Shown piece after piece: positions 1 through 8,287 of a stretch of DNA of 64,000 bases; the first letter of the stretch is position 1; each line of letters begins with the position of its first letter. The translations under genes were made by a program, and so were the position numbers. The notes under the pieces are model-generated. The model was given only the letters and a program-made list of their open reading frames with translations. It searched no databases and was not told the origin of the DNA. The DNA lies in contig OZ245842.1 in NCBI GenBank assembly GCA_965228895.1, positions 2,784,001 through 2,848,000 of the forward strand. Direction: 5' to 3'. The DNA is from Alphaproteobacteria bacterium (lineage in GTDB: Bacteria; Pseudomonadota; Alphaproteobacteria; SP197).

Positions 1-1273
1 GGTCAAAATCCTGGCGCAACCGGTTCGCCAGATAGCGCTTGTAGGCCGCTGGCAGGGCTGAGACCCGTGTGCCGAACACCGTAAAGGTCGGCGGTCGCCC
101 TGCCGTCTGCGTGATGTAACGCAGCTTGACCCGGCCGCCGCCCGAGATGGGTGGCGGATGGCTCGCCACGACATCGTTCAGCCAGCGATTGAGCACGGGT
201 GTCGCGAGCTTCGCGTTCCATCGGTCATAGGCGGCAACCACCGCCGGCATCAGCCGATCGACACCCTTGCCGCTCAGGGCCGACAGGGTAATCAGCGGCA
301 CATCGCGCACCTGAGGCAAGAGCTCGTTCAGCCGCAATTGCAGTTCACGCCGGAATGCCGGCGGGTTGTCAACGAGATCCCATTTGTTGACCACGACGAC
401 GGGAGCCCGTCCTTCGGTCTCCACGCGATCAACGATGGTCAAATCCTGGCGGTCGAAGGCCCGTTCGGGATCCAGCACCACCGCGACGACATGGGCGAAG
501 CGCAGGGTGTTCAACGTGTCGGAGGCGGAGAGCTTCTCAAGCCGTTCCGTCACCCGTGCTTTGCGCCTGAGCCCCGCCGTATCGACAAGCTCCATCGCGC
601 GGCCCTCATACTCCCATGCGGCTTCGATGGAATCGCGGGTCAGACCCGGCTCCGGGCCGGTGATCGTGCGTTCCTCGCCCAGCAGCCGGTTGACCAGGGT
701 CGACTTGCCGACATTCGGGCGGCCGATGATAGCGAGCTTCAAGGGGCCATCGTCACCGTCCGCCTCCGCAGCATCGTCGGGCGGCGCGTGAGATTCGATC
801 GCCTGATAAAGTTCAGCGAGGCCCAGGCCGTGTTCCGCTGACAACGCGACCGGCTCGCCCATGCCGAGCTCAAAGGCGTCGAGAACGCCGGGTGCGCCTG
901 CATCGCCTTCGGCCTTGTTGGCAATCAGCACGACGGGTCGGCCGGTGCGTCTGATGGCGTCGGCAAAGTATCGGTCTTCGGGCACGAGGCCGGCACGCGC
1001 ATCAATGACGAAAAGCAGAAGGTCCGCCTCAACCAGTGCCTGATCGGTCTGGGCGCGCATCCGTCCGGCCATGGTTTGGGGATCACCCTCTTCCAAACCA
1101 GCGGTATCGATGACGCGAAACGTCAGCGGGCCAATATGGCCCTCGCCCTCGCGCCGGTCGCGGGTTACGCCCGGCGTCGGGTCAACCAGCGCGATCCGTT
1201 TGCCGACGAGCCGATTAAAGAGGGTCGATTTGCCGACATTCGGGCGGCCGACAATGGCAACGGTGAATGTCAT
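1..1273 (-). CDS. der: Ribosome biogenesis GTPase Der (EngA), 3' end runs off the window
   Basis: Read manually (not in ORF track): ATG at 1273 gives MTFTVAIVGRPNVGKSTLFNRL...PGVTRD; second G domain LAIIGRPNVGKSTL...GLTRD; directly follows bamB. Confidence 0.95.
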   Translation of the reverse strand, partial: MTFTVAIVGRPNVGKSTLFNRLVGKRIALVDPTPGVTRDRREGEGHIGPLTFRVIDTAGLEEGDPQTMAGRMRAQTDQALVEADLLLFVIDARAGLVPEDRYFADAIRRTGRPVVLIANKAEGDAGAPGVLDAFELGMGEPVALSAEHGLGLAELYQAIESHAPPDDAAEADGDDGPLKLAIIGRPNVGKSTLVNRLLGEERTITGPEPGLTRDSIEAAWEYEGRAMELVDTAGLRRKARVTERLEKLSASDTLNTLRFAHVVAVVLDPERAFDRQDLTIVDRVETEGRAPVVVVNKWDLVDNPPAFRRELQLRLNELLPQVRDVPLITLSALSGKGVDRLMPAVVAAYDRWNAKLATPVLNRWLNDVVASHPPPISGGGRVKLRYITQTAGRPPTFTVFGTRVSALPAAYKRYLANRLRQDFD

Positions 1274-1276
1274 CGA

Positions 1277-2608
1277 TCATCTGAGAGCGATGATTGAGCC
1301 GGAGTCCTCGATCAAGAAGACCGTCTCCTGGGCGGCAATAGGCGCCAGCGGCAACCCGTCGGCCATATCGACGGCGCCCAGAATCTCGCCCGTGTAAGGC
1401 GAGATGGAAACGATCTGGCCTGACGTGCCGGTCACCAGCAAGCGGTCGCTGGCAAGCAGCGGTCCGCTCCACATGATGGGATCATCGCGATCTTCCGGGT
1501 CTTCGTACTGCGGCAGTGGCGTAACCCAGCGAATCCGGCCGTCTTCGCGCAGAAGGCAGACAACAACGCCGTCCGTCGTGACGAGGTAGATATAGTCGCC
1601 AGCTATCCATGGTGTCTGGACGCCGCTCATCTGGCGTTCCCACAGCCGGGCGCCGGCGGCAAGGTCAATCGCAACAAGCCGCCCGCCATGGCTGACGGCA
1701 AAGACCTGGCCGTTGTCGATAACGGTGCTGGCATTGATGTCGTTGAGCGCCGCAAGGCTACCCACGCGCGAGCCATAGGACAGGATATCCGACCAGATAA
1801 CCCGGCCGTTCTCTGCCTGCAGCGCATAGATCTCGCCCGACGAATAGGCCACCACCACGGCCGAACCTGAAATGGCGGGGCTTGCACCGCCCAGCAGCCC
1901 GGCGGTTTCCTCGATCCCCCTGTGGGTCCACAACGTCTCGCCGGTATTGGCATCCAAGACGATGAGTTCGTTGTCGGATGTCAGGACATAGGCACGGCCC
2001 TGGCTGACCGTGGGCGCGGCCCGCACGGGCGGCCCGAGCCGTCGGCGCCAATACTCCTCGCCGGTCTGGGCATCAAGCAGCACCAGTTCGCCAAAGCCGG
2101 TGGTCGCGTAGATACGGCCGCGATAGAACGCCAACCCGCCGCCCCAGCCGCCGTCGTCCTCGATTTCCGGCGTCAGATCGACATCCCACAACCGCTCGCC
2201 CGTCGTCACATCGAAGGCCCTGACTTCGGCATCCGCGTCCATCGTATAGACAACACCAAGGGCCGATACGGGCGACGCGATAAGCCTACGAAACCGTCCC
2301 TCGCCCTCGCCAATGCCGGCTGACCAGGCTTCGTTCAGATCGCCGGGTACCGCAATATGGAGCATCGCCTTATCGACCAGACCACCGTTCTGTGGCCAGT
2401 TCGGCGTCGGTATTGGCGGCGGCAGGACGATCGGCGTTTCAACGACACTGGGATCGGCGGCCAAGTCCTGTTCAAGTTGCAGAATGGCAATACGCTCGCC
2501 GGGCAAAGGCGGCGGCGGCGGCTGACCCAGATAGTCCAGGTCCAACGTTTCGCAAGCCGCAAGCAACAGACCGGCAACAGCCAACAGGCCGACAACGCGA
2601 AACGTCAT
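1277..2608 (-). CDS. bamB: Outer membrane assembly lipoprotein BamB (PQQ-like beta-propeller)
   Basis: Lipobox LAAC; repeated A.DA.TG...W propeller motifs; conserved yfgM-bamB-der order. Confidence 0.85.
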   Translation of the reverse strand: MTFRVVGLLAVAGLLLAACETLDLDYLGQPPPPPLPGERIAILQLEQDLAADPSVVETPIVLPPPIPTPNWPQNGGLVDKAMLHIAVPGDLNEAWSAGIGEGEGRFRRLIASPVSALGVVYTMDADAEVRAFDVTTGERLWDVDLTPEIEDDGGWGGGLAFYRGRIYATTGFGELVLLDAQTGEEYWRRRLGPPVRAAPTVSQGRAYVLTSDNELIVLDANTGETLWTHRGIEETAGLLGGASPAISGSAVVVAYSSGEIYALQAENGRVIWSDILSYGSRVGSLAALNDINASTVIDNGQVFAVSHGGRLVAIDLAAGARLWERQMSGVQTPWIAGDYIYLVTTDGVVVCLLREDGRIRWVTPLPQYEDPEDRDDPIMWSGPLLASDRLLVTGTSGQIVSISPYTGEILGAVDMADGLPLAPIAAQETVFLIEDSGSIIALR

Positions 2609-3267
2609 TCGCCGCCACCCGCCATGACGTTGAGTTCGGTTGCGCGGTTGCGCAGTGTCGTCGGTGTTTCGGGATCGGCGATCAGCGCGTCGAAGATGCT
2701 GCGCGCCTCTTCCGTCTTGCCGTCGCGCAGGGCAAGCAGGCCCTGGAGTTCACGGGCGGAATAGCGCCATGGCGCACCATCGGCGGCGAGCGGCTCCAGC
2801 CGTTCGGCGAGGCTGCGGGTATCGCCGGAGTCGAGCAACAACATGGCGGCATAGAGCCGTGCGAGCTGCCCAATCGCGGAATCAGCGCCGGCTTCGGCGG
2901 CAATGCGGTCGTAGAGCTCAAGAGCGCTTTCCCGGTCGCCGGCGGTGGCCAGTGATGCGGCCTGACGCAGGCCGCCCAAGGCTGGATATCCGGCGCTGCC
3001 GTTTTCCACCAACTGGGCAAAACCTTCGGCCGCCGCAACGTGGTCACCAAACGCCGCCGCCCGGTCGGCCTGCCAGTAAATATAGCCATCTTGGGCCAGG
3101 CTGCCCTCGCGATACTCGCGCCAACCCACAAATGCCAAGATAACCACAAGCACAAGCACCAGCCCGCCAACCGCATAGCGGCCATAGGCCTTCCATAACT
3201 TACGCCATTGCTCGCGCTTGAGATCCTCATCGATCTCGCGCATTAGTTGGTCGCTGGGGTCACTCAC
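2605..3267 (-). CDS. YfgM-like membrane-anchored TPR protein
   Basis: GTG start at 3267, REIDEDLKREQWRKLWK, single TM helix, helical repeats; ATGA overlap with bamB. Confidence 0.85.
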   Translation of the reverse strand: MSDPSDQLMREIDEDLKREQWRKLWKAYGRYAVGGLVLVLVVILAFVGWREYREGSLAQDGYIYWQADRAAAFGDHVAAAEGFAQLVENGSAGYPALGGLRQAASLATAGDRESALELYDRIAAEAGADSAIGQLARLYAAMLLLDSGDTRSLAERLEPLAADGAPWRYSARELQGLLALRDGKTEEARSIFDALIADPETPTTLRNRATELNVMAGGGE

Positions 3268-3441
3268 AAAACTGATACCTTTCCGTTGCGCGGCTAACTT
3301 AGCCACCGGGCGATTAGCATGCAACGCGCCTGAATGATGCCAAAAAATGGCGCGGGCATGGCATTTGGGGCCAAACTGCTACACGATTGAAACGACGAAA
3401 CGGATTGCCATCTGAAGGCGAGATACCACATCGAACCTGCT

Positions 3442-3786
3442 ATGCCCGAGCCCCGCACCTATCGCGAGTTTTGGCCGTTCTACGTCGGCGAACACAGCCG
3501 TGAAGCCACACGGCGCCTTCACTTTGTCGGCACCGCCCTTGTTATCGCCATGCCCGTGATCGCTCTGGTGACCTGGAATGGGTGGTGGCTGCTGGCCATG
3601 CCGTTCCTAGGCTATGGCTTCGCGTGGGTCAGCCACTTCTTTATCCAACGCAACAAACCCGCGACTTTCCGTTTTCCGGTGTGGAGCCTGATCGGCGACT
3701 TCCACATGTTCGCCTTGATGTGTCTGGGCCGGATGAACAACGAAGTCGCGCGCTGCGCCCGCCAAGACCGATCCGTCGATGCATGA
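3442..3786 (+). CDS. DUF962 / Mpo1-like membrane protein
   Basis: FWPFYVGEHS..TRRLHFVG, GYGFAWVSHFF..NKPATF motifs. Confidence 0.85.
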   Translation: MPEPRTYREFWPFYVGEHSREATRRLHFVGTALVIAMPVIALVTWNGWWLLAMPFLGYGFAWVSHFFIQRNKPATFRFPVWSLIGDFHMFALMCLGRMNNEVARCARQDRSVDA

Positions 3787-3853
3787 GAGTTGATCGCACG
3801 CACTGACGCGCCCTATCCTTACGCCGTGATGGCGCGCGGGGGGAGAGTCGGTC

Positions 3854-4498
3854 ATGCTGACGATTGCGGAGGAGATCCTTCTCCTGGTGCTGGATGACGA
3901 GACCGGTACCTTCATAAACGAACCCGATGTTCATGTCGGTTACGCGGTCGCCGGCGCTGTCCTGATGGATCTGGCCCTGGCCAACCGCATCGACGCCGAC
4001 AACGAGAAACTCTTCGTCGCCGACAAGGCACCGACCGGCGACCCCGTGCAGGACTCGGTTCTCGAGCGCCTGGAAGCATCCGGCGAACTGCATGATGCGG
4101 GCTATTGGGTCGGTGAAATCGGTCGCGATTCCCGCGAGTTGCGCGAACGCGTTCTACACCGTCTGGTCGAGGGCGGTATCCTGAAGGAGGTCGACAAGAA
4201 GATCCTGTGGGTCTTCGAGACACGCCGCTATCCCATGGTCGACGGCAAGGAAGAACGCGAGGTCAAACGGCGCATTCTGGATGTCCTGCTTAGCGATTCG
4301 ACACCTGAGCCGCGCGATATCGTGATCATCTGCCTGGCCGATGCCTGCAATCTATTCGACCAGATATTGAGCGAGCGCGAGGTCGAGCATGTCGAACCGC
4401 GCATCGACGAGATCGTCAAGATGGACGTGATCGGGCAAGCGGTCGCCAATACCATCCGGGAAATTCGCGCATCCATCGCCCCGATGATGATGATGTAG
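3854..4498 (+). CDS. GOLPH3/Vps74 (GPP34) family protein
   Basis: LTIAEEILLLVLDDE.G, AGAVLMDLAL..RI, PTGDP, LVEGGIL, RRYP motifs. Confidence 0.85.
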   Translation: MLTIAEEILLLVLDDETGTFINEPDVHVGYAVAGAVLMDLALANRIDADNEKLFVADKAPTGDPVQDSVLERLEASGELHDAGYWVGEIGRDSRELRERVLHRLVEGGILKEVDKKILWVFETRRYPMVDGKEEREVKRRILDVLLSDSTPEPRDIVIICLADACNLFDQILSEREVEHVEPRIDEIVKMDVIGQAVANTIREIRASIAPMMMM

Positions 4499-4576
4499 GC
4501 GGTCGCCACGCTGAGATCGTTCCACGAGCGACTATCCGCCCTTCCCGGCGGGAAGACCGCCGGCGGCGTCGCCTTC

Positions 4577-5413
4577 ATGCTGCTCTCAATGATGCTGTTG
4601 GCGTCCATGGACGCGACCGCGAAGTATCTGGTGCGCGACTACGCGATCGTCCAGATCCTTTGGGTGCGCTTCCTGATCTTCCTGCTGGTCGCTCTCGCCC
4701 TTGCCGGGCGCGGCGGCATTCGGCGCGCAATCGCCTCACGACACTGGAAGCTCCAGATCGTCCGCTCGCTGGTTCTATTGGCGGAAGCGGCGGTGTTCAT
4801 CCTGGGATTCAGCCTGCTGCCACTGGCCGACGTGCACGCTGTAGCGGCGGTTGCCCCGCTCATCGCAACGGCACTCGCAGTGCCGCTGTTGGGTGAAAAG
4901 GTCGGGCCGCATCGCTGGACAGCGGTCGCTATCGGCCTGATCGGTGTCCTCATCATCATCCGGCCAGGCGCCGAAACGCTCGCCTGGTCCGCCGCTGTCC
5001 CCCTGGCGGCCGCCTTTCTATGGGCGCTCTATCAGGTTCTCGTCCGCAAAGTAGGCCTGGATGATTCGGTCACCACGACAGCACTCTATACCGCCGCGGT
5101 CGGCCTGATCGTCCTGAGTGTCCTTGCGCCCTTCGTCTGGCGCGCGCCCGACCTCGAAGGCTGGCTGCTCATGCTGCTGATTGGCATCCTGGGCAGCGCC
5201 GCGCATATCATCCTGTTCAAGGCGTTTGCCTTGGCGCCGGCCTCGTTCCTGCAGCCCTTCGGTTACTTCTTGATGGTCTGGGCGGCAGTCCTGGGCTTTG
5301 TCGTGTTCCAGCACATCCCGGACCTATGGACCATCACCGGCGCTGTTATCGTGGTTGCCGGTGGCCTTTACGCACTGCACCGCGAGCGATTGCGCAAGGG
5401 CAGGCCCGTCTAA
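4577..5413 (+). CDS. DMT/EamA family transporter (start may lie slightly upstream)
   Basis: About 10 hydrophobic helices, LGEKVG..RW, APAS.L.PF.Y. Confidence 0.85.
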   Translation: MLLSMMLLASMDATAKYLVRDYAIVQILWVRFLIFLLVALALAGRGGIRRAIASRHWKLQIVRSLVLLAEAAVFILGFSLLPLADVHAVAAVAPLIATALAVPLLGEKVGPHRWTAVAIGLIGVLIIIRPGAETLAWSAAVPLAAAFLWALYQVLVRKVGLDDSVTTTALYTAAVGLIVLSVLAPFVWRAPDLEGWLLMLLIGILGSAAHIILFKAFALAPASFLQPFGYFLMVWAAVLGFVVFQHIPDLWTITGAVIVVAGGLYALHRERLRKGRPV

Positions 5414-6288
5414 GGCCGACGGCGAAGCCCGGTCATCGCGTTGAAGAAGACCGCGCCCATGACGACCGCCCCGCCCACAAAAGCCAGCAGTGTTGGCGCC
5501 TCGTCCAGGATGAGCCAGACCCAAAGGGGACCGAAGATGACCTCGACCAAAGCCAAGACCATGAGCTCGGCGGCCGGCACGTACTTGGCACCGGCGGCAT
5601 AAAGCACCAGCGACGCGGAAACCTGGAAAGCGCCCATATAAAGACACAGCAGGAGGTCGTGGTCGCTGATCGCGAAATCGGTGAGCTGCGTGGCCGAGAT
5701 CATGCAGATGATGACCGAGGCCAGCATGACGCCCGGCACCATGTCGCTCTGACGCCCGGCCCGCAGGGAAACGCCGAAGGCGGCGAACGACATGGCGGCG
5801 GCCAACGCCATGAGGTTACCGAGCACGCGGCCATCGCCGACGCCCTCCCACATCATCACGGCAACACCGATCAGCGCGGCCGACATCGCCAGCCACGTCG
5901 CGCGGCGCACCGGCTCCTTCAAAACAAACCAGCCGATCAGCGCGGCGAAAAACGGCTGGGAACTGATGATGAAAAAAACGCTGGCCGCGCGCGTGTGGTA
6001 GAACGCGCCGATATAGAAGAGGTTGCTGACCGCCAGACACACACCGGTCGCCAACATGGCCAGAAGGCCGCTCGAGAACGCCCGGGCGACGCGGCCACGG
6101 TGCTTGATGAGCATGATGCTGCCCAGCACAATCATGGCCGCGATCGAACGGTAGAACTGGACGTGCCAGACACCGGCGACATCCATCATGCCGATCAGAA
6201 CACCTGACTGACTGATAAAGAAGCCGCCCAGCAGGACCAGGCCGACACCCCGAAGATAATGCGGACTTCGCTCGATAACCGCCCCCAC
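5410..6288 (-). CDS. DMT/EamA family transporter
   Basis: About 10 TM helices, LKEPV, E...P.W.W...E.P. Confidence 0.85.
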   Translation of the reverse strand: MGAVIERSPHYLRGVGLVLLGGFFISQSGVLIGMMDVAGVWHVQFYRSIAAMIVLGSIMLIKHRGRVARAFSSGLLAMLATGVCLAVSNLFYIGAFYHTRAASVFFIISSQPFFAALIGWFVLKEPVRRATWLAMSAALIGVAVMMWEGVGDGRVLGNLMALAAAMSFAAFGVSLRAGRQSDMVPGVMLASVIICMISATQLTDFAISDHDLLLCLYMGAFQVSASLVLYAAGAKYVPAAELMVLALVEVIFGPLWVWLILDEAPTLLAFVGGAVVMGAVFFNAMTGLRRRP

Positions 6289-6308
6289 GCGCTCAGGTGG
6301 CGAGACTA

Positions 6309-6421
6309 GAGCTTTACGGGTTCGTCGGCATCACCGGCCCGCTCCCCCTCCCGGCCACCCCGAGGATGCTGCCATGGGTGGCCGGGAGGGGAGCGGGCCG
6401 GCGCCGATGACGCGCAAGCTG
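6309..6421. repeat. Long imperfect palindrome (MITE/REP-like) flanked by 10-bp direct repeat GGCGAGACTA
   Basis: CCGGCCCGCTCCCCCTCCCGGCCACCC pairs with GGGTGGCCGGGAGGGGAGCGGGCCGG; direct repeats at 6299-6308 and 6422-6431. Confidence 0.7.
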
Positions 6422-6428
6422 GGCGAGA

Positions 6429-7067
6429 CTAACTGAGCCCATCGAGGCCGGCGATCTTGTTGTGGTCATAGACGGCTTTGACCGACGGCCGCGATACCGT
6501 CGCTTCCAGGTTACGCCAGACATTGGGGTACTTCCTGAGCGACGTGTGCTGCGGCCCGTTCCAGGTCGCCAGCATGGCCATGTAGAAGTCGGCGATCGTC
6601 AGAGTCGAACCCAGGAAATGAGGCCCTTCGCCGATCATCGTGTCGACGCGACCCCAGAGGTCGGTCAGCCATTCGCTGGCCTTGGCATCGACCGATGCCT
6701 CACAGGCCGGCGCTGTCACATGACGTTCGGGATAGAAGTGCATGTGGTAGGTCGGCTGCAGCATTTCCGCCATGAAGAAAACCGACTGATAGAGATGGCC
6801 GCGTTCGACAGTGCCCGGCACAGGCGCCAGGCCGGCATCAGGGAAGCGGTCGGCCAGATGGAACAGGATGGCCGCGGACTGGTAGAACACCTCGCCATTC
6901 TCGTCGATCAATGTCGGCACCTTGCGGTTCGGGTTCAGCGCCAGGTAGTCCTCCGGCCACGGTTGGTCGAAATCGATAAAGGCGAGTTCATAGTCTGCGC
7001 CGATTTCTTCCAACGCCATGTGCGGTGCCATGGCTGCGGATACCCACGTATAGAAAAGCCGAAACAT
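6429..7067 (-). CDS. Glutathione S-transferase family protein
   Basis: LALNPNRKVPTL, QSAAILFHLAD, GSTLTIADFY. Confidence 0.9.
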   Translation of the reverse strand: MFRLFYTWVSAAMAPHMALEEIGADYELAFIDFDQPWPEDYLALNPNRKVPTLIDENGEVFYQSAAILFHLADRFPDAGLAPVPGTVERGHLYQSVFFMAEMLQPTYHMHFYPERHVTAPACEASVDAKASEWLTDLWGRVDTMIGEGPHFLGSTLTIADFYMAMLATWNGPQHTSLRKYPNVWRNLEATVSRPSVKAVYDHNKIAGLDGLS

Positions 7068-7147
7068 GATGCCGTTCCTTTCGCCCTGAGCCACACAGAA
7101 GGAACCACGGCACACCTGTGCTGGCAAGATGGCGTGGCGAAACGCCC

Positions 7148-7663
7148 CTATTCCACCGGCGGCACGGCTTCGGTCGTGATGATGTAGACGGTGATCGCGG
7201 CTTGCGTATCCAAAAAGTACATATCCGACTCAACGACACTGTGAGATGCCTTCAAGACATCCAGCGAAGCCGGTCCGCGCAGGATGGTGCGCCGCGATGT
7301 ATGGTCGGCCACCTCGGCAAGCTCACAGGCCTGGTCCTCGATCGCGCCGATCAACGCTTGCCATGCCGGCGTGGGATACAGCAGTTCCTGATAGATGATC
7401 TGACGCTCGGCGTCGTCGGACGCGGCAACCAGCATGTCGAGTATATCCAGGAGCGCCATGTTGACCCCTTCCGACAAGGTGACCGCGAGATCGAGACCAC
7501 GGCAGACGATCAACTTCTCGTCACCTTCTCGCTGTTCGCCATGCGTGTAGGCGCCCAGGCTCTCCGCCTGCGCGACGTTAAACGGCATCAGGGCAAGCAC
7601 GGCGACACCCAGCGCCATGGCGCATTGCCTCGCGCATGCGCGCAACGCAGAGTATGGCGTCAT
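7148..7663 (-). CDS. Hypothetical secreted protein
   Basis: Signal-peptide-like N-terminus (..VAQA/ES); plausible coding composition; ATGA overlap with upstream ORF. Confidence 0.55.
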   Translation of the reverse strand: MTPYSALRACARQCAMALGVAVLALMPFNVAQAESLGAYTHGEQREGDEKLIVCRGLDLAVTLSEGVNMALLDILDMLVAASDDAERQIIYQELLYPTPAWQALIGAIEDQACELAEVADHTSRRTILRGPASLDVLKASHSVVESDMYFLDTQAAITVYIITTEAVPPVE

Positions 7664-8112
7664 CTGGACTTCGGCGGCAGATTTCCAAGAAGGCGGCGAT
7701 CATGACGCCACCAGCGGCGCGGATACCGCGCGACCCGGACGTTGCGGTTTCTATCGACCAGAACATCGACGTTCCTGCAACCGCTAGCCCTCTCGCCGAA
7801 CGCGGCCCAGGCGAAGAAACACAGAGCCTTGGACTCGAACGCCTGGTCGCCGCCAAGCGCGATCTTCTCCGCAAGCTTCTCCATCATCGGGGCCCAACAG
7901 GAGTCGCGGATCTCTTGATCGGTCATCTGCATACCCTTCTCAAGGGACATTGACCGAAACGAGGCAACGACCTCATTGGCCGCAGCGGTGAGCGTCCGCG
8001 CATCGACATGGCAGGACGTTACGATGACGGTGCCGGACGGTCCGGCCTCACGCAGCGTAATGAACACCGCGGTGCTCTCGTCGGAAACCGGGGCTGGTGG
8101 CGCATCACCCAT
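7660..8112 (-). CDS. Hypothetical protein (start uncertain; ORF open to 8328)
   Basis: Long ORF whose stop overlaps the next start (ATGA); no family recognised. Confidence 0.45.
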   Translation of the reverse strand: MGDAPPAPVSDESTAVFITLREAGPSGTVIVTSCHVDARTLTAAANEVVASFRSMSLEKGMQMTDQEIRDSCWAPMMEKLAEKIALGGDQAFESKALCFFAWAAFGERASGCRNVDVLVDRNRNVRVARYPRRWWRHDRRLLGNLPPKSR

Positions 8113-8287
8113 ACCTGGGACGTGGCGGCTCAACGCGCGCTCAATACGTGACGGTGGATACACATGGTCGAAAGCCCTGGCATGGTTGACCTTTTCAGCA
8201 ATGGCGAATCGCGGTGATAGGTGACGAACCCTAGTTAAGTACGCTATCAAAGGTTCGTCGAGGCCCCACCCGCAGCTTGAGGCCATT

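Noticed and set aside
4484-4498. ATG x4 run at the end of the GOLPH3-like gene
   Set aside because: Too short to imply phase variation or function
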